Of a stretch of 64,000 nt of DNA, positions 1 to 11,090 are shown piece by piece. Within the stretch, counting starts at the first letter, position 1. Each line of letters begins with the position of its first letter. This DNA comes from Vicugna vicugna (lineage: Eukaryota), in NCBI GenBank assembly GCA_013265495.1, contig MU058257.1, positions 1,044,020 to 1,108,019 on the forward strand, in the 5' to 3' direction. Under the pieces are notes generated by a model. The model was not told where the DNA came from. It saw only the letters and a program-made list of their open reading frames with translations, and did not search any database. The position numbers were made by a program, and so were the translations under genes.

Positions 1-2892
1 TCCAAGGGTTGTAGCCAGATAAAGGACCCACCACCCAAGGCTCTCTTCTCGCTTCGCACAGTCTGCAGAGTCAGAGCAGCTGCTCTGACCTTGGCCTTTT
101 GACTCTGCGCGGGGTGCTTAGCACCTGCCAAGGAGTTAGCTGCTGTGCCCACACCCTGGCAGAATTCAGGGGTCGGGACCCTTAAACTGCAGTGACGCTT
201 TAACGAGGGTGACAGGTCCCTTGGCTCTGTCACCTGTTCACGTGGTCACCATCTGAACAAAGCCCATGAGCTCACTGTAGGGGCTGAGAGCCAGAAGCAG
301 AGCAGCCCGGTGCCAGGGATGGGCTTCGGCAAAATACTGTGTCATCGACTGGAAATCTCCCTGGGCACGGCTCTGTCACCAAAGGAGACAGCCGGAGTGT
401 GCAATGACTTAATTAGAATCTGGCACTCCAGCCAACGGGGCAGATGGGAGGATGCTTGGAAGCTGGTCTTGGGAAAAGCCAGAGAGAATGTGTCCATCGC
501 TGGCTTGCGAGAGGATCTTAGGCAGCAGGCAGGGAGGTTGGCCCCTGAATGAAGCTCACAATTGCAAAAGGGAAAAAAAAGTCTCCATTAAGCTCTCCTG
601 CTTGCAATCTCTGAATGAGTTCAGATTTATTTCCAGAACACATTTTTCCCCCCAGCCCTGAAATAAGTGTGAACCGAACTGTGAAAAACAGACCTGGACC
701 ATATTGTTGTCACTCCCAATTCACAGCAACAATCTTCAGCGTGGAATTCTCACCCTCTCTTTCTTTTTTGCCTTGAAGGATTTGGAGATGGAAAGAAATC
801 TCCAGCCAAGATGACTCAAAAGATTTCCATTTCTGAAATCGTGATCACTCTTCCCTCAGCCTGCAGCCCTGCAGAGCATCCCACAGCGGTGCCCCTGGGA
901 TGTGCCTGGACAGAGGAGGCCCATCTCTGGGCTTCCAGAGCCACCCCTGCAACAGAACTGTGCCCTCCAGAATGAGAGGGAACTCCCCGGGGAACCCAGG
1001 GCTTAGCAAACCCCAAGTCCAAACCAAGCCTGCTCTTTCCCATCGTGTTCTAAGTCAGTCTGAACGCATTACAAACCACAGAGTTGCAAATGGTATTTGA
1101 TTATTTATAACCATCAAATAAATGGAATAATGTAGGTCTTGAGAACTTCTGTCGATGACGCATAAGACGAAGAGCAGACTTCCACCCTGGCCCCGTAGGG
1201 CTATGTGATTGACGCCTGATGCATTTCACAACCTTCCTACACTTGATGACTTCTCTGGAAGGAGTGGGAACCAGTTTCCAGGATGCGATGCCTGCGGTTT
1301 CCAGAACTTTTACGTTTCCCAGCCCTGAGCTCTCTAATAAACCCCTGGGGCTCAGAGAAATACATACATTTTTGAAGAAGAATACATATTTCTTTTCTCT
1401 GAGCAACTCATCTTCTCATGGCAAAGGCCACAGAATAGCATCCTTTCACCTGCTTCTAATTTGGTGGAAAGGCCAAAATAATATGCCTGCGTATTTACTT
1501 CTAAAATCGCGCTGTAAGAATCCTTTGAGATGAAAGAGAGTCCGTGAGTTACTGTCTGTCATTGGCATCCCATGATTAAAGGTAGGGCACCTATGCAACC
1601 TGGACAGACCACATCAAAGCCTTCATTAGGCCGGCAGGTGCAGTGCCTCGCTTCTGCCTACAGTGATGCTCTCAAGTTAATAAGCTTTCATTTGATGAAA
1701 GTCCAGACCCCTGACCAAACAGCGCTGTGGAAACAGCGATGCCGTTTCTCCCTGCCTCCTCCTCCGGGTGGTCTTCTGTCCTGTGTGAAGCTGTGAGCAA
1801 ATACTGGACCACAACACTGCCTTGTGGCTGTGGTCCGTACCGTGTTAACGGCCAACATCGGTGACTCTGTGCTCAGCGCTGTGCTCTGTCCTCCAGGCAC
1901 GTGATCTCATTGAATCTTCACATGAGACCGTGAGACGGGTTTACAGGCAGGGAGCCTAACATCGCACTGCAAGGGAGCAGCGCAGCCAGGGCCCCCAGGC
2001 GGGAGTGTGGGGCGGGGGCCCCACCTGGCTAGACTGCCTCCTTGTCTCAACTTCCCACTGGCCACTCGGCGAGGTGAGAAAACATCCCAGACTGGACTGG
2101 CCAGTGAGTTCATTCAAGGAGGGCCTCACAGACCCCTTATCGGTGAGGAGTCATGGAAAAGCCAGGTTCACTTGAGAAATGGTGGCTGCTGCGGTTTAGA
2201 GCAAAAGCTCGGGGGGAAAAAAATCACCAGTTTGCTCCTTTCTGTTCTTAAACCTCTAAATCTTTGCAAAGCAATCTAAGTGAGCCCAAGAGACACCTTA
2301 CCCTCTAAAGCATCCATCATTCCCCCATGGTCCCCTAAGGGTCACAACAACTAAAACCTTCCACCCCAGCGGAGGGGAAGGGGGAAGCAGTAAGTACAAG
2401 AAGCTTCCACACTGCTCCCCACCCCCTCAGTCCCAGTGCAAGAACTCTTTCTGAGAACACCTGTGTTTCCACAGGCAGACGTGGAAGCTGAAAGGAATTG
2501 CCTATAAAATAGACATTAAGGCTGTGAGCTCTGCCAACACCCCCATCCAACGCATGCTAACGGGTCACACGTAGGATGCGTGGAACTACTCCACCAAGAG
2601 AAATCCGACCCATCAGCCATGCGGTACAGAACATCTCCCCAGAGCGGGGTTGATGGCAAAAACCACCCCTGCCTTGAAAAGAGAATGTGCTAGAAACTTA
2701 GGACCTCTGCTACATCCAGACTTAGGAACAGAATAGCCACCAGGTCTGCACAAATAGCTGTGAAGTCTGAACACAAGTCAGCACGTTGACATGACATTGC
2801 TGCTGAGACAAGCACGCTCACCACAGAGATATACTGTGCCTATGAGCCTCCTTTTACGCCGTGACGACCCCGCGGCTGCACAGCTGGACATC

Positions 2893-2940
2893 TGGACCCA
2901 TCTACACCACCATGTTTGGACCCATCTATACCATCACGTT
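2893..2940. repeat. 24-bp tandem duplication (2 copies)
   Basis: tggacccatctacaccaccatgtt (2893-2916) followed by tggacccatctataccatcacgtt (2917-2940); 3 mismatches, all C/T. Confidence 0.85.
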
Positions 2941-3689
2941 TCACGGCGTTCCCGAAACTCCCTCTAGAGTATGTGGTCCACATTTTAATGTCTTTCCGTA
3001 AGGTTTATTTTCCAGAACTGGGGCAAGATTAGGAAATGTTTGCCTAACACAAAGTTCAACTGGCAGTTGTCGAAACACTCAAGCGCTGTCCTCTGCCTGA
3101 CATTTCGCTCAGTAGGGAGACAGAAAGGTAGACAGAAAGCAGCCTGGACTGCAAGGGTGCTGATGTCTCTGAAATTTAGACTGTGTTTGTGTCTTTTATT
3201 GCTAACTTTCAGAAGTAATTAGGGCGCTCATTTCTAAGCTAATGCCTCCTAATGGTCACTTAATTCTGGACAAACTGCAGAGTAGAATACTTTTGAAACT
3301 AGAATTAATTGTTTAAAGACATTATTGGGATTAGTCTGGTAAATGCGGAGAGAAAAAAAGATCTTTTACTGAGACATTAAAAATAATGAAGTCCCCTCCA
3401 GTCCAGACCTCATACATTTTGTGGGTTTCTTTCTTTCTTTTTCTGAAAGTAATCGGCTGAGTGAATGAAGCAACACCGGGGACATTTCCACCTGTTTATG
3501 AGAGTTCAGTAACAGTCCCGTCATCAAATCAGATCAGTCAGGCTAAGAAGGGAACACACAGAACCAGAGAGGGGCTTGCTTCAATTATTTTTCTCTCTTC
3601 TCTCTCATTTCAAAACATCCATTTCATCACTGCTGGGCTCAGAGCCTCAAGAAAGCCAGTATAAAGCACAAAATGTTAAGTTTCAGTCC

Positions 3690-4210
3690 TTTAGAGTTAC
3701 AGTCTGTGGAGGGACAAAGGCGTGTAAAAGCAGAGAACACTGAGGCAAATGCCATGATGAAAGTGCGGGGAGGGGGTGGTGGATGGCTCAGTGGTAGAGC
3801 ACGTGCTTAGCATGCGCAAGATCCTGGGTTTAATCCCCAGGCCCCAGGACCTCCACTTAAAAAAAAGTATTTAAAAAAAGAAAAGGAAGTGCAGAGAGGA
3901 TTCTGTAAGTGCCAATCAAGCAAGAGAATTCTGAGTGGGAGAAAGCTGGGAGGGCATTGAAACCTTGACATGTGGGGACCCCAGTGGTTGAACATGGAAT
4001 GCCAGGCTCAGGGAGCAGCTGGAGCAAAGACCCCAAAATCGGAAAGTCAGCATGGAGCATGAGGCATGTGACTGTCCTAGGGTGTAAGGTGAGGGGGGAG
4101 CCATAACAGGGGAAACTCTGAATGCTCCAGAAAGAGTCAGACTTTGCTGTAAGGACAGTCATGATCCATGAATGGTTTCTGAGTAGGAAACTACATTAAT
4201 CAAAGTTGTA
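3690..4210 (-). mobile_element. Ancient LINE-2 3' region fragment, interrupted by a SINE
   Basis: gagttacagtctgtggagggac and the following purine-rich stretch resemble the reverse complement of the L2 3' end; highly diverged, boundaries approximate. Confidence 0.5.
3767..3884 (+). mobile_element. tRNA(Ala)-derived SINE, camelid vic-1 type
   Basis: gggga...tggctcagtggtagagcacgtgcttagcatgcgcaagatcctgggtttaatcccca: Pol III A box and B-box-like motifs, tRNA-Ala-like body, A-rich tail; flanks gaaagtgc/ggaagtgc resemble a TSD. Confidence 0.88.
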
Positions 4211-4439
4211 AGTTCAAGTTGGTAAGGTTGAGTTCCTTTTCTCCCCATAGAAAAGATAAGAGAGCTGTAATAGAAACAAGAAAAGGAAAAAATGAGGAAG
4301 AATGATGGGAAAGAAGGTCAACAGCAGGACCCGGAACATCGATGACACGTGTTTCTACTTTGCCATGTTGGTTGGAGCAAATCTGTTCATTCTCTTTATC
4401 TGCTTCCTCATTTCCTGTTTGTTGTTAGGTGTTGACATT

Positions 4440-4740
4440 CTTCTCTCTTTAACTCCAATATCACTTTAAACCTGCATCACCACAGGAGACTTCCATTCTG
4501 AGCTTTCGTTCCAAATTTTCAAAAGCAAGCTTGGCATATGAAGCTAGATACACCATTTATCTTCAGACTCGACGTAGCCAAATGAAGTTTACCTTCTACC
4601 AGATCCATAATTCACTCTGTATTCCCATCACTTAATATCTCCTCCATCCTCCAAATCACCCCAACTGGAACTACACAAGTTATTTTACACCGTGCTTTCT
4701 CTCAATCTATCAATACGTAACAGATGGTCAAATCCTGCAG
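4440..4740 (+). mobile_element. Ancient LINE-2 fragment
   Basis: Pyrimidine-rich, L2-like wording (ctgagctttcgttccaaatttt...cttcagactcgacgtagccaaatgaa...ggtcaaatcctgc); diverged. Confidence 0.45.
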
Positions 4741-4764
4741 CCAGCCTCTTTACTTCATGTCCTC

Positions 4765-6650
4765 TGCCACGGGCCTATTTCAAGTCCACTGGCTTCATTT
4801 CAACCCCTGGACCAACATCACGAGTCTGCCAACATTTTCCCTTCCACGTTTCCGACTATAGAGTGACATCATTAACCAACCCCTGTGTGTACGTTGGTAT
4901 AGATTCTGATCTCGGCTTCTCTCTCCTTTCCGACAGTGTGGCGATGAGACATTCTATTCAGTTATTTGTGCAGGAAAAATGTCCTTTCTCTACTTGCCTC
5001 AGGACCACCTGTGATAAATGCAGCTGTAATAACACAGCCGTCCCTTTCCAGTGGGACCAGCACACTCACGCTTAGCAGAGCCATCTGGAAACCAGGCTTA
5101 AAATGATTCCTTGGGGGCCATCTTTTCACAGGGACCTCAGTTGAAGTTATAAGGCAGGTGAGAGAGAGCGGGGCCGAGGAAGGGAGCTGTCACCCTGGTG
5201 CCATGTGATCGGCTGTGTTCTCACAGCCTGCTGGGTCACCGCCCCACTGGCTCCATTTCCACATGATGGAAGCTCACTGGGGGATGCCTGATTTTCTAGC
5301 AACGGGAATCAGATAATCCTTCCTTCATCATGGGTAACATGAATTCCATGGTGCCCGGGTGTTTGTGATGCCAAAGCTCAGTATAAAAAAGCTTTCTTTC
5401 AAAAGAAGAGTATTTTCTAAAGAACTCATGGTTTTGCTCAAAAATTCTAATCATTTCCCACTGGGTGTTGCCAGTGTTTTGTGTGGTATTCCTAGCTTCC
5501 AAGACACTTATAGCGCCAGGATTCTGGGCTCACACTGAGCCACAAGGACTGAATAGTTAGACTACATGTCCCCAGTGTCTCCAGCTTGCATTGATAAGAG
5601 ATCAAACTTTTGTTCTAAGTTTCCATCCAAGTCTTTCAATTCGTCTTGTAAATGGGTCAGAGCAGTACATGCAAATATTGTGTTTATTACCTCCCAAGCC
5701 CAGAGAGGTCTCTTCTTAGTGATATGAAGCCCAAGGTACAGTTTTGTCAGGAGCACTTGTGAGCCAGCAGTCCCCATAATGTCACCAACATGGTAGTGCC
5801 CTGTGTTTTCCAAGGATTTTTCTTGGTTTGCACATGTCTTACTGATTCATCTAGAACTACTTTTTTCAGTTTTCTAGGCATTGGTACCAAAACACTATAC
5901 ATTTTATGGACCAGCATGATACTGTGTGGGTTGGGATCAATATGTTTCTGGACCATATGTGGCCCGGAGTCAGAGCAATCTGAGGCAAATTTGTGAGGAC
6001 GCAGTGTAAGCTCTACCAGATGAAAGCAAATGAATTCTGGTGTTCTCTGTCAAATGAGACCAAGAGAAAAATATTCTTTAGCTCAATACCATACTGAGTT
6101 ATGAAATTGCACAAATGCAATCATTTACTTCAGTCCAGAAAATGCATCTGAAACAGCAGGTAAAACTGAAGCCACTCTTGGTTCCACTGTTGTAATAATA
6201 ATATATTGTTAGTCTCCAAGACCCAGCAACAAGCCACAGGAGAACATGAAATGGGGAGCTAATGAAAATCACCTTACCTGTGCGCTTTTCAAGCAGCTAA
6301 CGATGTGGAATTGCTCTTGCCATACCATGTTGGTGCAGAGGGGACATCCAGGGAAGATGACTGGGTCCTCTGTTCACAGAGCAGGGAGCCCGTGCACATG
6401 GTTTCTGTCACTTGTTGATGTGACCTGTTAACTCGATATGGTTGCACTGGGGCAAATACAAGGGACAGGTTTAGGGTCCTAATGAATCATGCAGGAGGAG
6501 GCAGTCTTGGGTCAAAACTCAATTTATCACCTGACCCACTGTTTTTTATCCTCCTTTGATGACTTCTCCTTCTCCCTCAGGTCTCTAATCGCCAAGGGCA
6601 GTGGTCCAGGGCTCTGTGATTGGTACTCGCCTCTCTCCCTTTTTCTATGT
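4765..6650 (-). mobile_element. Decayed class III endogenous retrovirus (ERVL family) internal segment: protease, reverse transcriptase, connection and RNase H; many stops and frameshifts
   Basis: Minus-strand translation across frames gives, in the correct order, GQVIN*VLTQ, GSWRLTI, YGIELKNIFLLVSFDREHQNSFAFIW*SLHCVLTNLPQ, LVHKMYSVL, NPWKTQGTTMLVTLWG, YLHVLL*PIY, KYSSFERKL, TMEFMLPMMKEGLSD, AWFPDGSAK (5097-5071), IRIYTN and SETWKGKCWQTRD. These match ERVL/HERV-L Pol motifs as I recall them (GQVINGVLAQ, GSWRMTV, YAAIDLANAFF...QKQFAFSW...LPQG, LVHYIDDIM, NPTKIQG, HLGVLLRPIY, NYSPFEKQL, TMRPELPIMNWVLSD, AWFTDGSA, VRLYTD, SGTWK..DWKIGD). Confidence 0.88.
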
Positions 6651-6664
6651 ATGAGTGCATGCAT

Positions 6665-6912
6665 GCAAGCATATATGCTTGAACTCCCCCTGTGCTTGCG
6701 TATTGTCCAGCTCCATAGCCCCGTTTGGACATTGCCGAGTAGTATTCCATGGTATAGATGTACCAAAGTTTGTTTCCCCATTCACCCGTTTAAGGATATC
6801 TGGGTTATTTCCAGTTTGGGGTTATTATGAATAAAGCTGCTATGACATTTGTATACAATTTTTGTGTGAACACAAATTGTTATTTCTCTGGAATAAATAC
6901 CTGAAAGTACAG
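6665..6912 (-). mobile_element. Old LINE-1 (L1M-type) fragment, ORF2 3' end
   Basis: gagtagtattccatggtatagatgtacc...ccagtttggggttattatgaataaagctgctatg is the typical antisense L1 ORF2 end. Confidence 0.8.
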
Positions 6913-7146
6913 TGGGAAAAAAACCAGGAAGAAGAACTAGAAGGAAAATGGGAAGTGAAGGAGGAAGGAGGAGAATGGGAAGTGAAGGGGTTCTGATGCC
7001 ATGGTCCTTCCGATCAGCTTGTGACTCTCAACAGTCACAGGTACCTGACTAACAGAACTGTCTGTGCCACAGCAGGGACTGAGGTAGCCAGATACAGGAG
7101 AGGAGGTGCACATAAATTTATTAGGATGGACTTCACAAAAATGCTG

Positions 7147-7760
7147 AATCCCACTCCTGGGCACATAGCTGGAGAAAACTCTAATTCGAAAAGATCCATG
7201 CACCCCAATGTTCATTGCAGCATTATTTACAATAGCCAAAATATGGAAGCAACCTAAATGTCCACCAGTAGATGACTGGATAAAGAAGATGTGGTATATA
7301 TACAATGGAATACTACTTAGCCATAAAAAAGAATAAAATAATAAAATTTGCAGTAACATGGATGGACCTAGAGATTATCATATTAAGTGAAGTAAGTCAA
7401 AGACAAATATCATCTGACATCACTTATATGCAGAATCAAAAAAATGATACAAATGAATTTATTCACAAAACAAACAGAGTCAAAGACATAGAAAACAAAT
7501 TTATGGTTACCAAAGTGGAAAGGGAAAGTGGGGGAGGGATAAATTAGGAGTTTGGGATTAACAGATACACACTACTATATATAAAATGGATAAACACCAA
7601 GGACTTACAATATAACACAAGTATCTATATTCAATATCTTGTAATAACCTATAATGAAAAAGAATATATATGTATAACTGAACCATTATGCTATGCACCT
7701 AAAACTAACACAACATTGTAAATCAACTATACTTCAACTAAAGAATAAAATAAAAAACAA
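7147..7760 (+). mobile_element. 5'-truncated LINE-1: ORF2 C-terminus remnant plus 3' UTR and A-rich tail
   Basis: atcccactcctgggc...caccccaatgttcattgcagcattatttacaatagccaa; ORF 7305-7547 (MEYYLAIKKNKIIKFAVTWMDLEIIILSEVSQ) is the L1 ORF2 terminal motif; G-rich 3' UTR; ends in aataaaataaaaaa. Confidence 0.93.
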
Positions 7761-7764
7761 AATA

Positions 7765-7948
7765 TTATATATGAAATAGATAAACAATAAGGACCTACTG
7801 TAGAGCACAGGGAAGCATATTCAATATCTTGTAATAACCTATAATGGAAAAAATAGGAGAAAGAATAAATATATGTGTATTATGGAAACACATACTATAC
7901 GCCAGAAACTAACACATCATAAATGGACTATACTTCTATTTAAAAAAG
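7765..7948 (+). mobile_element. Second LINE-1 3'-terminal fragment directly behind the first
   Basis: Repeats the last ~180 bp of the L1 3' UTR (ataaacaataaggacctactgtagagcacaggga...tattcaatatcttgtaataacctataatg...actatacttc) with its own substitutions. Confidence 0.85.
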
Positions 7949-10900
7949 ATTTTTAAAGCTGAAGCTGGGGGATGAAGAGGACTTCAACTGAGAAGGATGG
8001 GGCGTAGGCACCTGGCCCCAGGAAGGAGGGGCGGGTACCCGGCCACCGCGTCCCGTGTGCACCGCACACCTCCAGGGCCGCCGTCACAGGGACTTGGAGA
8101 TGAGAAGCAGCAGGCAGTGTCGGGGTAGTAAATAAACAGCCAAGGCGAAGGGCAGCAGCTAGGCAGCGGAGTGGAATTAAGACATTAAATGAATCCGCAA
8201 TTCGGCCATTAGAGTGTTCATTTTTGGGCATATTTGAATAATCTTAACTCCACGGAATCCAACAGACGTGGGAAACGTTAGTAGGCGTTCCAGTTACCCA
8301 AATCCCCTGCTAACTAATTAGCAAATATTAGCTCATCCAAGCTCCAGTAGCAAAGGAGACATAAACATTTTTTATGAGGAGCTTTTCTTTCATCCATTAA
8401 GGTGCGACGGATGAATCCTCCAGCCCGTGTTCCAAGAAAGCTCTCTAACTGCTGAGGCTAGACTTGGTTTCATCAATAAATGAGCTGTTAAAATTGATTT
8501 CTCCTCATTGAAAGGCACTTCATTCACAAATACACTCTGCCACATGGAAACCGTTTTAGTCCACAATCTGGGCTGCTCCAAATGGAACGCTTTCATTACA
8601 AGCCTGCCTTTCAGACCGTTTATTGGCGGTGTCACTGTGTAAAATCCTGTTTTTCCACGTATTCACAGTACCGCAAAGTTGAGTGTCAGTCTGGGTTTCG
8701 GGGCTCTTTCATCCTTAGAAACAATCCTTGTGTCTATAAAAAGCATTTCATTCCTGTCACAGCCCCCAATAAACTATTTGGGATGGATAAATACCACTTA
8801 AGGAAAGATGACGTGGCGTTGCCTCCGCGCTGTCTCGTGATTGAATTATTCCCCGTAGCACATGGCCAGGAGAACATTTACTATACTGCTGCCATTTTCA
8901 GGGAGAAAAAAATATCTCTACCAGAAGAACATTGGTCGTGTTTTTGGGAATCAGGGAGATGTATAAAAATATGGCTGTAGGAAAATATATGGCTGTCAAA
9001 TCATGTCACTGTTCTTTTGACAGACAGGTGACAGCAATAAATTAACAAGCTAGCACAGGGTTGGGAGACCTCTGGGGTGGAAAATGCCTGTGGACAACAT
9101 GTCCGTTTCCCAGTTTCGCTGCTGGTCTATCTTGTTTCATTCTGAGATTCCAAGAGGGAACATAAAACAATGTGCAAATCTGATGGTGAGCACATCCGGA
9201 AAGATGTCTGGGATCAATCTATTGTGAAATAAATATAATTGTGGATAGTATCCTGAAAGTGCCTGACAAGAAATGTTTAACTTACTGAGTCAAGAACCAC
9301 CTTAACCATTATACTGTTTCATCAGGACACAGTCCAGACACAGCAAACTCCTTGCTGAACCCCTGGCCCGTCTTTCCCCTCACAGTCCGGGGTGGATGGT
9401 CCCCCTGCCCTTCTCCACACCCTCAAAGTGCTCTTTATTTGTCTTTGGTGAGTTTCATATGTTTCTTGGGACATCTGCTGGTGTTTCCATTTAAAGTAAA
9501 AAGATTGTTTTAATTTCCAACTTTATCTGTTCTTATTTAGGGATGCCAGACATTTTACAATGCCTTATCCTTGAAGATTGTGATTTGTTTGGGTTTCATG
9601 TGCAACCTCTTGGTTTAAAAAAAAAAAGCCTTTTTTTTTTTTTTGCAGAAATATTTGAAAGCAGTCCAGTGTGGGGAGCAAGCAGGGGGGTAGGTGTAGG
9701 ACAATGGGAGATTCTTTATGCTTTACCTCTTTGCTTTTTCTCAAACTATTTGCAACAAGGAAGGGAGAGCAGCTTTGGTTCCTTCGACACTAAGAAGGAC
9801 AGAAGAAAAATGATTGTCCTTTACAGATAATGGGTGGTCGGCAATTACAGAAAAATGGAACAAACACTCAGAAGGGCCAAGCTATTCTGTCAGCACAGCT
9901 TCCCAATGACAACCATATGCTCTGGCCTGAGGGGTTAACTCTCACGCTGAAGCTGAGTTCAGTAGCTGAAATGCACAGAAAACTGATCATCACCAGCAAG
10001 AGGTAAATGTCAGTGGGTGAAGAGCTTGCTTTACAGACCTCCAACCACTCTCAGAACAATATCCAGGGTCAAAGAATTGATTATCCAATCAGACCTAAAG
10101 GCACACGCTAACAGTACAGAAGTGGGTTGATCGCAGGAAGTTGTAGGCAGCTGAAGGGAATTAGGAGCCGTCTGGAGGCAGGACACTGTCCAAGAAGGGC
10201 CTCCCTGGGGCGGCGTCCCACGTTAGGGAGAGAGCGCCCTCAGGGTGTCAGACCTGTGGTTCTCAGTGGATGTACGGTTAGCAGAGTCACCTGGGTGGTT
10301 TTTCCAGGCTTCCTACCAGCCGCACACTTGCCCTCCTCCATCTGACATGTCTCCATGTGATCAGATTGCGTGAGCGGTGCCAGTTCTTCCACTGTTTTCA
10401 TTCTTTGTTCTCCAGAATTACAGACTACATGCATGGATCCAGATGAAGAACCGCTTCTTTTCTCGTGGATTGATTAACTGATTCTTCTGTGTATTCAAAG
10501 ACATTTACTGAGACGTTGTTTTAGGCATTGGGATACAGTGGTGCACAAGACGCTAAAGGCACTGAGGCAACGGCAGATCCGCGTGTAGCCTTCTCTTGAA
10601 CTTAAGCTGGGGCGTGAGGAAGGACAGAGATAATCCGTAAACTAACCTCCTGGCGGGAAGAGGTCAAGATGCTGACCGTGCTTCTCACTAATAACAACAT
10701 GATGCTTGTGTAGTAACTCGATGTTTGTAAGACGTCAGCTGTGTTGAACTGTTACCATGCAGTATGCCATCTGTCTACATCGTACGCATCAATTTATAAT
10801 GACTTGTGTGACTCATTATCTTACGTGTGGATACAAGTGCTTCCCATGCAGGTTGTAAATCCCGTAAAGGCAGGTACCATGTCTTCCATTTCTGGACCAC

Positions 10901-10959
10901 CCATGTCTCAGGTTAAAGCAGGAACTACTGCCTCCCATTTACACAGGTCTTAATTGTTT

Positions 10960-11090
10960 TCAAATACTTTCCATAGATCATCTCATTCGATCTTTATATC
11001 TTCTGTATGAATTTTCATGATGAGAACTGAGAGTTTCAAAGAGGATACGTTATTTATTGACTCAAGACCACATTGTTAGAAGCAAAGTCC
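10960..11090 (-). mobile_element. MIR SINE relic
   Basis: atctcattcgatctt...gatgagaactgagagtttcaaagagg...ctcaagaccaca resembles the antisense MIR core. Confidence 0.5.

Noticed and set aside
978..987. Isolated NF-kB-like site GGGAACTCCC (similar single kB and GAS matches at ~23442, ~54546 and ~61998)
   Set aside because: Single short motifs are expected by chance in 64 kb without clustering or conservation data
3767..3856. Possible tRNA-Ala gene
   Set aside because: Acceptor stem and B box are degenerate, it has an A-rich tail, and diverged copies are dispersed in the window: a SINE, not a tRNA gene
5562..5813. ORF with a superficial resemblance to a retroviral Env immunosuppressive domain (EQKFDLLSMQAGDT)
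   Set aside because: It lies inside the colinear ERVL RT/connection region and is partly out of frame; the Env similarity is coincidental
6937..7359. 140-aa minus-strand ORF
   Set aside because: Largely the antisense translation of the L1 fragment
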